Both the position numbers and the translations under genes were made by a program. This document shows positions 1 through 9,912 of a stretch of DNA of 64,000 nt, piece by piece. A model generated the notes under the pieces. It ran no database searches. It worked only from the letters and a program-made list of their open reading frames with translations, and was not told the DNA's origin. Numbering within the stretch: the stretch's first letter is position 1; each line of letters starts with the position of its first letter. The DNA lies in contig CAZPCB010000001.1 of the NCBI GenBank assembly GCA_964585065.1, positions 226,866-290,865 on the forward strand, given 5' to 3'. The stretch comes from an uncultured Candidatus Saccharibacteria bacterium. GTDB lineage: Bacteria > Patescibacteriota > Minisyncoccia > SW-4-49-11.

Positions 1-420
1 TGTCTTGCGATGAAAAAGCGTGGATTTGGTATGAATAAATGGAATGGTGTCGGAGGCAAAGTAGAGCCCGGAGAAAGTATTGAACAAGCTGCTATACGAG
101 AAACTGAAGAGGAAATATCTGTTACCATAAAAGATATTGTTAAAGTTGCAGAATTAACATTTTATTTTAGTGATAATCCTGATTGGAATCAAATTGTACA
201 TGTATATTTTACTGAGAATTGGGAGGGTGAGCCTGTCGAAAGCGAAGAAATGAAGCCTCAATGGCATACTATTGATTCTATTCCCTATGAAAATATGTGG
301 CCAGATGATAAGTTTTGGCTACCTGAATTAATAAAAGGACATAAGCTCAAAGCAAGCTTTACTCTAGATTCTCATGATACAATATTAGAGCAACATATTG
401 ATATTGTTAGTGAACTATAA
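1..420 (+). CDS. NUDIX hydrolase (MutT/8-oxo-dGTPase-like), 5' truncated by window edge
   Basis: Nudix box GGKVEPGESIEQAAIRETEEE; frame is open back to base 1 (CLAMKKRGFG). Confidence 0.85.
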   Translation, partial: CLAMKKRGFGMNKWNGVGGKVEPGESIEQAAIRETEEEISVTIKDIVKVAELTFYFSDNPDWNQIVHVYFTENWEGEPVESEEMKPQWHTIDSIPYENMWPDDKFWLPELIKGHKLKASFTLDSHDTILEQHIDIVSEL

Positions 421-463
421 ATAATAGATATCCCCTACTCTATATTTTTAATGGTCAAAAATC

Positions 464-1087
464 TTAATCTTTATGTCTTGGTGGATGCCATTTATGTAAT
501 GGTTTATAATCTCCTCCAAATATCCCAATATCCATAGTTGCTGTTAATACCGCTCGCATACATTGATATTCTGCATTAAAATCATGAGTACCAGCTACCC
601 ATTGAGCAGTATTATCATTAGTAATATCTTCTGCATCTAATAAATCCATAATTTCTTCTGGTTGATACCATTGTATTTGTTCTATCTCTTCTTTTTGTAA
701 AGTAAGTGCTGAGATATCTCCATCAAATACGGTAAGAAAATCTCTTACCCAAACATGAGCTGATTTAATTTTACTGGTTCTCCAAGGAATTAATTGAAAT
801 GGATTTACACTTAGTCCAATTTCTTCTCCTAGTTCTTTGAGGGCACTAATTTTAAATGATTCCCCCTCAGTTACATGTCCTCCAAAATGAGTAGACCACG
901 CTCCTGGAGCAAATTCTTTATCAAATGATCTCTGATGACAAAGTATTTGTCCTAAACTGTTGAGTACAAATATATTGGTAGTACGACACCATAACCCTTT
1001 TTCATAGAGTTCTTTACGTGAAACATGCTCCCCTGTGGGTTCACCTGTTTCAGGATTAATAACTTGTAGCATTTCTTGTTGTGACAT
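464..1087 (-). CDS. NUDIX hydrolase (IPP-isomerase-like subfamily)
   Basis: GGHVTEGESFKISALKELGEEIGL Nudix box, preceded by QRS..K...PGAW. Confidence 0.8.
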   Translation of the reverse strand: MSQQEMLQVINPETGEPTGEHVSRKELYEKGLWCRTTNIFVLNSLGQILCHQRSFDKEFAPGAWSTHFGGHVTEGESFKISALKELGEEIGLSVNPFQLIPWRTSKIKSAHVWVRDFLTVFDGDISALTLQKEEIEQIQWYQPEEIMDLLDAEDITNDNTAQWVAGTHDFNAEYQCMRAVLTATMDIGIFGGDYKPLHKWHPPRHKD

Positions 1088-1141
1088 ACTAATAATAATT
1101 ATATTATATATTGATAATTATTGCAATAATTTGTATTCTTT

Positions 1142-1243
1142 TCCACCCCAACAAGTAAGCTTGTCACCCCTCAAGAGGGAAGTTTTCTGTACAAGTACCT
1201 TTATATATTCCCCTCTTGAGGGGTGCCCATAGGGCGGGGTGGA
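1142..1243. repeat. REP-like inverted pair of GC-rich double-hairpin units
   Basis: CACCCCTCAAGAGGGAA ... TTCCCCTCTTGAGGGGTG and outer TCCACCCC/GGGGTGGA arms. Confidence 0.75.
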
Positions 1244-1252
1244 GTACATAAT

Positions 1253-1281
1253 TTGACCCTATAATAAGTATATGTTAGTGT
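1253..1281 (+). promoter_or_regulatory. sigma70 promoter for the 1378 ORF
   Basis: TTGACC-17nt-TAGTGT with extended TG. Confidence 0.55.
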
Positions 1282-1377
1282 ATAAGTGACCACTTGCTGT
1301 GTTAATTTGTATCACTCAGTTCAAGTCCGACCTCTTGTGTTCATGTCTATTCCACCCTGATTAGGAGTTGACTAGCT

Positions 1378-1620
1378 ATGAAACATTTTCCTTGTGAAAA
1401 AGAGCAAAGAGCTATCATTAACTTGATGTCTAGTAGCTCTTCTATCTCAGAATGGAAACGCAATGCTGAGACAATTCGGCAATTGCATAATGGATTTTTT
1501 CCCCCATTCTGGAACACATTATTGTACGAAAAACCAAACAGTGAAACGCCATCTGTATTCGAAAAAGCCCAAGCAAAATGGCGATTACGTCTATTTGGAA
1601 GAAAAACTGGGTATATTTAA
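1378..1620 (+). CDS. small hypothetical protein (80 aa), stand-alone transcription unit
   Basis: AGGAG SD, own promoter, terminator directly after the stop. Confidence 0.7.
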   Translation: MKHFPCEKEQRAIINLMSSSSSISEWKRNAETIRQLHNGFFPPFWNTLLYEKPNSETPSVFEKAQAKWRLRLFGRKTGYI

Positions 1621-1627
1621 TTTAGCT

Positions 1628-1658
1628 GTCCCTCATATCATTTTATGAGGGACTTTTT
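1628..1658 (+). terminator. intrinsic terminator
   Basis: GTCCCTCATA-tcattt-TATGAGGGAC followed by T tract. Confidence 0.85.
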
Positions 1659-1718
1659 ATTACTTGACTATTGTATATACTAAGGAGTATACTAAAATAA
1701 CTCACCCATAAGCTCTTT

Positions 1719-1919
1719 ATGTCACACAAAATTTGGGTTTACACAGTAATTATTCCAGGCAATAAGTTGTGTCAACTACATACTCCAGACAATCCTTTAG
1801 AGGATAATAAGATTTACGAATGCAAAGAGTCATTTGGACTCAGTAATACGTTCATTCCTGCTTTTGGACTGGATATTTGCATTATCGGTAAACCGACACC
1901 TCAGAAGGTATTCCCCTAG
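1719..1919 (+). CDS. small hypothetical protein (66 aa), stand-alone transcription unit
   Basis: TTGACT-18-TATACT promoter at 1664-1693; terminator overlapping the stop. Confidence 0.6.
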   Translation: MSHKIWVYTVIIPGNKLCQLHTPDNPLEDNKIYECKESFGLSNTFIPAFGLDICIIGKPTPQKVFP

Positions 1920-1941
1920 CCATAAGCTGGGGGAATTTTTT
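1911..1941 (+). terminator. intrinsic terminator
   Basis: TTCCCCTAGC-cataa-GCTGGGGGAA followed by T tract. Confidence 0.8.
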
Positions 1942-2494
1942 ATTTTATATATTTCCAATTAATATGCTTTTGCTCTCGAATTTGACAGGTTTTTTGTACA
2001 AACCCCTCACGACCTGATCCAATACGATAACTTTGATAATGATTTGGGTTCTTTTCTGAATACTGTTGATGATAGTCTTCAGCTGGATAAAATTCTGTTT
2101 TTGGTAATATATCTACTTGTATTGATTCTGTATATACACCTGAATTATCCAATTCTTGTAAAGTATCTTGTGCAATATTTTGTTCCAATTCATCAGAATA
2201 ATATATTGCTGTCTTATAATTCTCTCCCCTATCTCCAAATTGTCCGCCATCATCAGTGGGGTCAATATGATCGAGGAAAAATTGTGTTAATAGTCGAAAA
2301 TTTGTCTTATTCTCATCATATATTACCTGCACAACTTCTCGATGCTCGGTATTATGACTACTGACATCTTCATAGTTAGCAGTCTCAGCACTACCTCCCA
2401 TATACCCTGAGATTACATCATCTACTCCTGGGGCTTGCCGTAAATCATGCTCTACGCACCAAAAACATCCTCCTGCAAAAACTATTTCTTTCAT
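1940..2494 (-). CDS. msrA: peptide methionine sulfoxide reductase A
   Basis: GGCFWC active-site motif; FYPAEDYHQQY. Confidence 0.95.
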   Translation of the reverse strand: MKEIVFAGGCFWCVEHDLRQAPGVDDVISGYMGGSAETANYEDVSSHNTEHREVVQVIYDENKTNFRLLTQFFLDHIDPTDDGGQFGDRGENYKTAIYYSDELEQNIAQDTLQELDNSGVYTESIQVDILPKTEFYPAEDYHQQYSEKNPNHYQSYRIGSGREGFVQKTCQIREQKHINWKYIK

Positions 2495-2505
2495 ATTATT
2501 GTTAT

Positions 2506-3522
2506 TTATACCACCAAATTCCCATTTACTTTATTTGGTCTATTGTCAATAGTATGAATAATATCTAAACAAGCGACTACGCCTATCATAATTGCATTAT
2601 CAGTGGATAAGATTTTATTAGGGACTAATAATTCTATTCCATTTTGCTGAGCATAATGTTCAAAAGCCTGCCGTAATTTTGTATTAGCGGTTACCCCACC
2701 TCCAATTACTACTTGATTGACATTATATTCATTGACAGCCCAATTCAATTTTGCTATTAGTACATCGATAACAGCTTGCTCAAAGCTGGCACAAATATTG
2801 GCAATATCAGTATCATTTTGCGGTGGATTATCGCGAATATAATATAATACTGCAGTTTTTAGCCCAGAAAATGACATATTTCCATTCCCGGAATTGAGCA
2901 TTGGTCTTGGGAAAGCTATTGCATCTGCATCTCCACTTTGAGCTAACTTAGAGATTTTGGGTCCTCCCGGATATCCTAAATTAAGCATTTTTGCCACCTT
3001 ATCAAAAGCCTCTCCCGCGGCATCATCTTGAGTAATACCTACAATTTCATACTCATTATACGCTTTGACTAAAACCAGCTCAGTATGCCCACCTGATATG
3101 GTATAGGCGATAAATGGATAGCTCGGAGGTATATAACCCTCTAATGCCTCATTTAATAACCCAGAGAACATATGTCCATGCATATGATTAACAGGTATTA
3201 GAGGAACTCCCAATACTTCTGCTAATAAAGTTGCCATATTTACTCCTACAAATAATGAGGGCTCAAGTCCTGGCCCTACGGTAACAGCAATAGCATCAAT
3301 ATCCCTTCCATTCTGATGAATAAATTCCTGCAACATTCCTGGTAATTTTTTATTATGTAGACGAGAAGCTAATGCTGGTACCACTCCCCCATATTGACTA
3401 TGCTCTTCTATTTGAGAATATACAATATGATCAAGTACTTTAAAATTCTGAGCTTCTTTGTCAAGACTCAATAAAGCGAGTGCTGTTTCATCACAGGATG
3501 TTTCAATAGCAAGTATTTTCAT
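2506..3522 (-). CDS. tsaD: tRNA t6A threonylcarbamoyltransferase
   Basis: IETSCDET, HMHGH, SGGHT, DDAAGEAFDK, TDNAIMIG motifs. Confidence 0.95.
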   Translation of the reverse strand: MKILAIETSCDETALALLSLDKEAQNFKVLDHIVYSQIEEHSQYGGVVPALASRLHNKKLPGMLQEFIHQNGRDIDAIAVTVGPGLEPSLFVGVNMATLLAEVLGVPLIPVNHMHGHMFSGLLNEALEGYIPPSYPFIAYTISGGHTELVLVKAYNEYEIVGITQDDAAGEAFDKVAKMLNLGYPGGPKISKLAQSGDADAIAFPRPMLNSGNGNMSFSGLKTAVLYYIRDNPPQNDTDIANICASFEQAVIDVLIAKLNWAVNEYNVNQVVIGGGVTANTKLRQAFEHYAQQNGIELLVPNKILSTDNAIMIGVVACLDIIHTIDNRPNKVNGNLVV

Positions 3523-3561
3523 ATCTATAGTTTGCCAGATTTAGACACTTGAGTCAAATAC

Positions 3562-4563
3562 TTATACTTTGGCTAATAATTGGGCCCAGAATTGAGCTAT
3601 TGCTTGATAACTATATTTACGCTGGAATTGTGCTGAGGCATAGTCTCTGACTTCTCGCTTTTTTGATTCACTTCTTTGCAAAACATCAATACAAGCGGTA
3701 AGCTCGCTGCTAGATGCCTGATTATAATATAATGCTCCGCGTCCTAATAAGGTTTGATATATTTCTTCTCTTGGAGCGATAACAATAGTCCCAGAGGCTA
3801 GTGCATGCAATATATGATAGCTAATGGTCTCATCTATAGGACCACTCACAATAAGACAATCTAATAATTCATAAACTATTGGTAACTCCTCTCGGAGTAA
3901 TTGTGGAAGTACAAAACTGCCTTTTTGATTTTGTACATCATACCATTCACAATTATTATACTCGAGATAAGAAATAAGCTCACTACTCATAGAGCCTACA
4001 TGTCCACATACAAATGATTTCCTAATAACTTGATCTTCATATTGTATTAATCCAGTATTTTGTTTGATATCCAATACTAATTGTGTATCAAGGTCAAGAA
4101 AATGTTGATAATTAATGCGAGGGAAAGGACTATAGGATATTCTTTTTTGAAAATTAACTCGAGCGGTATATTCAGGATATATATTCATAGCATATCCTGC
4201 TATTTCTTTTTCAAGTAAAGAATTATATACTCTTACTCTCTGAATAGTAGGATTTTGCCTCAAATTCCAGGTAATGAATTGAGGTATATCCCCAATTTCT
4301 ATACAAGTATCTATGGTATAATTTTGTATCAATTCTCGCATTGATTGATAATCATTGAGCTTGAATATTGAGCGAGATAATAAGTGTACCGTATCAATAT
4401 CTACAATTGAACGGGCAATATCAGCAAGTTCCAAATTCCACATTACAAATTGAATATTGGATCTTAGATTTTGCTTAATTTGTTGAAACAGTTCGAACCA
4501 ATGAATTGCTTGCTCTCTTTCACAATCTATCAGTACGGCTATGTGGTGAACTTTTCGAATCAT
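3562..4563 (-). CDS. divergent GT-B (GT4-like) glycosyltransferase homolog
   Basis: C-terminal LHALASGTIVIA resembles LEAMASGxPVIA; N-terminal half not recognisable. Confidence 0.55.
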   Translation of the reverse strand: MIRKVHHIAVLIDCEREQAIHWFELFQQIKQNLRSNIQFVMWNLELADIARSIVDIDTVHLLSRSIFKLNDYQSMRELIQNYTIDTCIEIGDIPQFITWNLRQNPTIQRVRVYNSLLEKEIAGYAMNIYPEYTARVNFQKRISYSPFPRINYQHFLDLDTQLVLDIKQNTGLIQYEDQVIRKSFVCGHVGSMSSELISYLEYNNCEWYDVQNQKGSFVLPQLLREELPIVYELLDCLIVSGPIDETISYHILHALASGTIVIAPREEIYQTLLGRGALYYNQASSSELTACIDVLQRSESKKREVRDYASAQFQRKYSYQAIAQFWAQLLAKV

Positions 4564-4568
4564 ATGCT

Positions 4569-5564
4569 TTATGGGAGATATTGTTGCTTTGCTTTACTAT
4601 GTTCTTCAAAGGTCTTTGAGAATATAGTCTTGGGAGGATTATCTCTGGTTGTGAGGAAAAAGTAATAATCATTTGGTATAGGATTAATAACTGATTTTAT
4701 CGCATCTACACTAGGATTGGTAATAGGTCCTGGAGGAAGCCCGACAACTTGATAGGTATTATAGGGAGAGTCAATTTTTAAATCATCCAAAGTGGATTGA
4801 GAGCGCCCTGATTGAGTAATAAAATTAACTGTTGCATCACTTTGTAATTTCATTCCATCTTTCAATCTATTGAGGAATATTCCCGCTACAATTTGTCTGT
4901 CTTTAGGAATTGCAACCTCTTTTTCTATAATAGAAGCTAATACTAATACCTGATAACTTGATAAGGTATCGGTATCTTTAAGACTAGGTAAAGCTTTCTT
5001 TTGAAAATTATTCACCATTTTAATAATTACTTCTTCGGCATTGGCATTATCAAAAAGTCGATAGGTATCAGGGTATAAATATCCTTGTAATGATTTATTT
5101 TCAATAAAGTCATATTGAGTGGTATCAAATTTCTCTGTTGCTTTGACAAAATCTGCCCGGCTAAAACTCAGCCCTGATTCAAGAATATCTCCTATTTCAT
5201 AAATATCTGAACCTTCTGGAATAGTTATAGTAACTTCTGGTCTTGTCAATAAACCTCGAGCTATCATTTTGATAACCTGATCCGTATTCATTGTGTTAGT
5301 AATAGTATATGTTGCAGACTTTGGAGTTAATCTCCTAAATGCAATATAAAAATTAAGGCCATTTGTTTTGGAAATAATATTCTCTTGTTGTAAATTACCA
5401 ATAATAGTATCCCAAGACTCATTTTCTTTTACCTGAAATGTTATCGAATCCTGTATGGCAACAGGAGCTCCTAGAGTATTCACTACATTTACAATATAAA
5501 CAGCTCCTATAATACCTATTATAAATATTCCTAATAATACCCAATATATAACTTTTTTTAGCAT
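4569..5564 (-). CDS. mltG: endolytic transglycosylase MltG
   Basis: N-terminal TM; GYLYPDTY, LASIIEKE, LQSDAT, SPYNTY...GLPPGPI. Confidence 0.95.
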   Translation of the reverse strand: MLKKVIYWVLLGIFIIGIIGAVYIVNVVNTLGAPVAIQDSITFQVKENESWDTIIGNLQQENIISKTNGLNFYIAFRRLTPKSATYTITNTMNTDQVIKMIARGLLTRPEVTITIPEGSDIYEIGDILESGLSFSRADFVKATEKFDTTQYDFIENKSLQGYLYPDTYRLFDNANAEEVIIKMVNNFQKKALPSLKDTDTLSSYQVLVLASIIEKEVAIPKDRQIVAGIFLNRLKDGMKLQSDATVNFITQSGRSQSTLDDLKIDSPYNTYQVVGLPPGPITNPSVDAIKSVINPIPNDYYFFLTTRDNPPKTIFSKTFEEHSKAKQQYLP

Positions 5565-5568
5565 ATTA

Positions 5569-6639
5569 TCATACTTTATCTTCGAGATTTGCTAGCCTCA
5601 ATAAAGCATTTATTTGCTTTACATCTTGAACCTTATCGATATGGGATACCAATAATGCATCTTGAGTCTCTACTATAACTATATCACGAATTCCAATTGT
5701 GGCAATAATTTTATCCTTATTATGAGAATGTACCAGTATATGTTCTGAGTCAATATCAAAATGTTTAGAGCTACCTTTATGAGTTACTGTCACATCATCA
5801 CCTTGTAGCATATCTTTAAGCGCAGACCAAGAACCAATATCACTCCAACCAATATCAGCAGGGATTACTGCAATATGATTAGCTTTTTCCATAATTCCAT
5901 AATCAAAACTAATAGCATCTGTTTGACTATATAATTCCTCAATATTAGCGATATTATTTTCCTCTATATTGGCTAAGACCTTTGCAGTATCTGGTAAATA
6001 TTCCTGATACATTGATGCTAATGTCTGTTTTTGAACTACAAACATACCAGAATTCCAAACATAATGTCCATCAGCAAGATATTCTGTAGCTGTTTTGAAA
6101 TCAGGCTTTTCTACAAAGGCATCAACTTCATATACTGATATGGATTGATTTTCTACCAGAGAGTCTTGACTATATTTGATATAACCATATCCCGTCTCAG
6201 GAGCTGTTGGGGTAATACCAAGAGTAATAATATATTCTGGAGATTGTTGCAAAAATTCATCCGCAATTTGTAATATATGACATAATTCTTGCGGCTTATG
6301 AATATAATGATCCGCTGCCAAAAAAGCAATAGCTTCATCAGGACTTGCCTCAACCGATATGCTCGCAAGCCCAATTGCAGGAGCAGTATCTCTTTTTTCT
6401 GGTTCTAAAATAATATGATTAGTTGCAAGATCTGGTAATTCTTGTAATACTTCCTCTCTATATTGATGATTTGTTGCAATATAAATATCCTCTAAACTAA
6501 AATGACTTAATAGTCGCTTTACTGTCATTTGCAACATTGTCTCCTCACCGAATAATGGTTGAAATTGTTTAGGCTTAGAAATTCTACTAAGAGGCCATAA
6601 TCGTGTTCCGGTACCCCCCGCCATAATAATAATTTTCAT
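5569..6639 (-). CDS. manC: mannose-1-phosphate guanylyltransferase
   Basis: MAGGTGTRLWPLSR..KPKQF, PETGYGYI, FVEKP, WNSGMF, GWSDIGSW. Confidence 0.9.
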   Translation of the reverse strand: MKIIIMAGGTGTRLWPLSRISKPKQFQPLFGEETMLQMTVKRLLSHFSLEDIYIATNHQYREEVLQELPDLATNHIILEPEKRDTAPAIGLASISVEASPDEAIAFLAADHYIHKPQELCHILQIADEFLQQSPEYIITLGITPTAPETGYGYIKYSQDSLVENQSISVYEVDAFVEKPDFKTATEYLADGHYVWNSGMFVVQKQTLASMYQEYLPDTAKVLANIEENNIANIEELYSQTDAISFDYGIMEKANHIAVIPADIGWSDIGSWSALKDMLQGDDVTVTHKGSSKHFDIDSEHILVHSHNKDKIIATIGIRDIVIVETQDALLVSHIDKVQDVKQINALLRLANLEDKV

Positions 6640-6650
6640 ATCTATACCGT

Positions 6651-7349
6651 TTATTTGCCTCTTCTTTGCCCTCTTGTTTTATACTCTGCAATCGCTTTAT
6701 CAAATTCCTGCATATTAAAATCTGGATAATTAGTATCCGTAAAATAATATTGTGAATTAGCGGTATCCCACATCATAAATCCCACACTATTATGAGGCTC
6801 TCCTCCTGTACGAATTAATAAATCTACTGGAGGTAAATCCTTCGTATATAATGATTGCTTAATAAGTTCTGGGGTGACTATTAAGTCTGGGTTTTGTAAT
6901 TTTTGTTCACTAATAGATTGAATAGCTCTTAGCATTTCTTCATCTCCATTATATCCAAGGAGAAAATTAAGAGTATAATTAGAGTATCCTTGCGTTGTAT
7001 CAATAACTTTTTGAATAATTTTTTGTAGTGATTCTGGGAATAATTCTTGCCAGCGGCCTAAAATATTTACTCTTATCCCTTGCTTGTGAATTTCTTTATA
7101 AGTCAGTAAATTTTGAAGATGTTTTTGAAATCCTCTGTATAAATGGGTAACTTCATCTTCTGGTCTTTTTACCAAATTATCCAATGAAGCCCCCCATAAT
7201 GTTAGATTTCGAACTCTTCCAATAAAAGCTTTTTCTATAATTTCACGAGTTCTCTCAAATCCCTCCAAATGTCCTTTTTCTGGAGCCTTTCTATTAGCAC
7301 GAGCCCAACGACGATTCCCATCAGGAATAATTGCAATATGATCTATCAT
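6651..7349 (-). CDS. uppS: undecaprenyl diphosphate synthase
   Basis: HIAIIPDGNRRWA, DLLIRTGGE; ATG at 7349 chosen as start. Confidence 0.92.
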   Translation of the reverse strand: MIDHIAIIPDGNRRWARANRKAPEKGHLEGFERTREIIEKAFIGRVRNLTLWGASLDNLVKRPEDEVTHLYRGFQKHLQNLLTYKEIHKQGIRVNILGRWQELFPESLQKIIQKVIDTTQGYSNYTLNFLLGYNGDEEMLRAIQSISEQKLQNPDLIVTPELIKQSLYTKDLPPVDLLIRTGGEPHNSVGFMMWDTANSQYYFTDTNYPDFNMQEFDKAIAEYKTRGQRRGK

Positions 7350-7372
7350 AGTATCCAAATTTTATTCATATA

Positions 7373-8725
7373 TTATAGCATATTTTGCGTAATTTTCCAG
7401 ACATCTCCAGCTCCCATAGTCACAACAATAGTATCTGGACCTTGTATTTGCTCTAAATCAGATATAAGGACTGATTCAGTCTCATATATTTTGATATTTT
7501 TATTATTAATATATGGTAATATATCAGTACTAGTAATTATACCCTTTTGTTCTCGGGCTGAGGAATATATTGGGAGAAGATAAATATAATCAGCTTCAGA
7601 TAAAGCCTCACCAAATTCTTGCAATAAGGCTTGTGTACGACTAAAAGTATGGGGCTGAAATACACAATGAATACTATGATGAGGATATTTTTCTCTCAAA
7701 GCCTGTAATCCTGCCATAATTTCAGTTGGATGATGAGCATAATCATCAATAATAACAACTCCATCCTGTGTTATACTTTTATATTCAAGTCGTCTTTGCG
7801 TTCCATGAAATCCAACTAATGCTTTTATGCTCTCATTAATATCAAATCCTCTTGAGTATAATAAGGCAATACAAGACAAAGCATTCAGGCGATTATGCTC
7901 TCCTGCAATAGCTAGTGTTAATTGATTATATTTTATTTTCTCAATAATAACATTATTATTTTCATCTAAAGTAATATCATTATCTCTATTAACCCCAAAT
8001 TTGATCATTTTTCTATTTTTATCTTTAATATTAGGGAGAATATATTGTGCTATATTTTTATCGTCTCCATTGATAATTAAAGGCTTATCTGAGGGCAAAT
8101 TATCAATTACATTAACAAAGGCTTGATAATAGATATCTGGGGTTTGAAAAAAATCGGGATGATCATAATCGACATTAAGTATAATTAATCCTCCAATATC
8201 AAGATCCAAAAAATGATTCTGATATTCATCCGCCTCTACCACAAGGTATTTTGAATGCTCATCTCCTATACGAGCATTTCCCCCAAATTGAGGAACCACA
8301 CTACCAATAACACCAAAAGGATTTTGCTTTAATTCTTGTAAAGCAAAAGTTAATAAAGCTGAAGTTGTTGTCTTCCCATGCGAACCAGCTACCGCAATAG
8401 TATAATCAAATTGTTTGCTAATATTCCCTAAAGCCTGACTATAGGTAAAAAGAGGAATATTGCGAGATAATAATTCAATCACCTCTGGATTAGTTGGCTC
8501 TTTTCCCTCAATATAATAAGCTCCAGAGACAACCGCATATTCAATTTCAGGAGGAATATTCTTACTATCAAAGGGTGATTTTACCGAAATATGAGAGCTC
8601 GCTAATACCACATCTGTCATAAAAACCTCAGCCACATCACTGCCCATTACCTGTATTCCTTTTGCCTGTAAAACCTGAGCTAAAGCTGTCATTCCAACCC
8701 CTTTAATCCCGACCAAATATACCAT
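7373..8725 (-). CDS. murC: UDP-N-acetylmuramate--L-alanine ligase
   Basis: GIKGVGMTALA, GSHGKTTT, EADEY, DDYAHHPTE, FQPHTFSRT. Confidence 0.95.
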   Translation of the reverse strand: MVYLVGIKGVGMTALAQVLQAKGIQVMGSDVAEVFMTDVVLASSHISVKSPFDSKNIPPEIEYAVVSGAYYIEGKEPTNPEVIELLSRNIPLFTYSQALGNISKQFDYTIAVAGSHGKTTTSALLTFALQELKQNPFGVIGSVVPQFGGNARIGDEHSKYLVVEADEYQNHFLDLDIGGLIILNVDYDHPDFFQTPDIYYQAFVNVIDNLPSDKPLIINGDDKNIAQYILPNIKDKNRKMIKFGVNRDNDITLDENNNVIIEKIKYNQLTLAIAGEHNRLNALSCIALLYSRGFDINESIKALVGFHGTQRRLEYKSITQDGVVIIDDYAHHPTEIMAGLQALREKYPHHSIHCVFQPHTFSRTQALLQEFGEALSEADYIYLLPIYSSAREQKGIITSTDILPYINNKNIKIYETESVLISDLEQIQGPDTIVVTMGAGDVWKITQNML

Positions 8726-8727
8726 AA

Positions 8728-9834
8728 TTACTGATTTAATGAGAATAATTGCTCAGCAATACGAATAGCGGCATCTGGAGTTGCAAATTGAATAGTTTGA
8801 GCAGACATAGACTCCATAATATTAGGTTGTCTTAATAATTCATCTATTTTACCAAGTACAATATTTGGAGTAAAATTAGGCTCTTCTAATACAATACTTG
8901 CTCCAATTTTTGCCATTTCATAAGCATTAGAACGCTGTTGTCCAGCATCAACCGTAATAGGCACGAGAATACTTGGCTTACGAGTAAGACAAATATCAGT
9001 AATGCTTGATGCTCCAGCCCTTGATATTACTAAATCTGCAGCTGCATAAGCATGCTTCATATCATTATCAAGAAACCCAGCATAATGATATAATCTTTCT
9101 TGACTTGGAGGAAGTGATTTCTTGACTTTAGAGGCAGCAAGTATATTATTATTTCCTACAATATGAATAATTTCTACACTATTAGTTAAATTGGGTAAAA
9201 TACTCCATATAACTTCATTCATAATTTTGGAACCTTGACTTCCACCCACCACTAATAATACGGGCTTTTCAAAAGTTAATTCAAAAACCCTCCCCGCATC
9301 TTCACGACTACCCTCAGCAATATCTGGATGAGTCATATTCCCCACAATACTGGTTTTCTTTTCTCCAAAGACAGAAGCCACATTAGGAAATCCAACTGCT
9401 ACTACACTCGCAAAACGCCCCAAAAATTTATTGGCTAGTCCCGGCACAGAATCTGATTCATGAATTAATGTGGGTACTTGATATATCCATGATATTAATA
9501 CTCCTGGAACACTGGCATAGCCACCTTTTCCAAATGTAATATCTGGCATAAATTTCCAAATATACCATTGTGCTTTGAATAGACCTGCAATTGCTCGGAA
9601 TATATCAAAGAAATTATCAAAAGAAAAATATCGCCTAATTTTACCTGCATATACTGATTTATACGGGATATTATGCGCTTCCAATAATGATTTACCCACT
9701 TCATCAAGATGCCCAACCAATAAAAATTCTATAGGGATTTGTTTTTCTTGAGCTAATCGCTCTAATTCCTGTTTAACTGCAATAATAGGTAAAATATGAC
9801 CTCCAGTTCCCCCACTCGCGAATAATACTCTCAT
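8728..9834 (-). CDS. murG: lipid II GlcNAc transferase
   Basis: GGTGGHILP, GGYAS, GGSQG, SRAGAS. Confidence 0.95.
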   Translation of the reverse strand: MRVLFASGGTGGHILPIIAVKQELERLAQEKQIPIEFLLVGHLDEVGKSLLEAHNIPYKSVYAGKIRRYFSFDNFFDIFRAIAGLFKAQWYIWKFMPDITFGKGGYASVPGVLISWIYQVPTLIHESDSVPGLANKFLGRFASVVAVGFPNVASVFGEKKTSIVGNMTHPDIAEGSREDAGRVFELTFEKPVLLVVGGSQGSKIMNEVIWSILPNLTNSVEIIHIVGNNNILAASKVKKSLPPSQERLYHYAGFLDNDMKHAYAAADLVISRAGASSITDICLTRKPSILVPITVDAGQQRSNAYEMAKIGASIVLEEPNFTPNIVLGKIDELLRQPNIMESMSAQTIQFATPDAAIRIAEQLFSLNQ

Positions 9835-9857
9835 ATATGTTTTGTCTATATAGTATT

Positions 9858-9886
9858 ATTGTATACAAGATTATAGCTTTGGTCAA
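9858..9886 (-). promoter_or_regulatory. sigma70 promoter of the murG operon
   Basis: TTGACC-17-TACAAT on the minus strand. Confidence 0.6.
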
Positions 9887-9912
9887 ATAATTGACCCATT
9901 TGTAATTAATAG

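Noticed and set aside
1035-1648. ORFs 1035-1232 and 1463-1648
   Set aside because: They overlap better-supported genes, the REP-like repeat or a terminator, and have no start signals.
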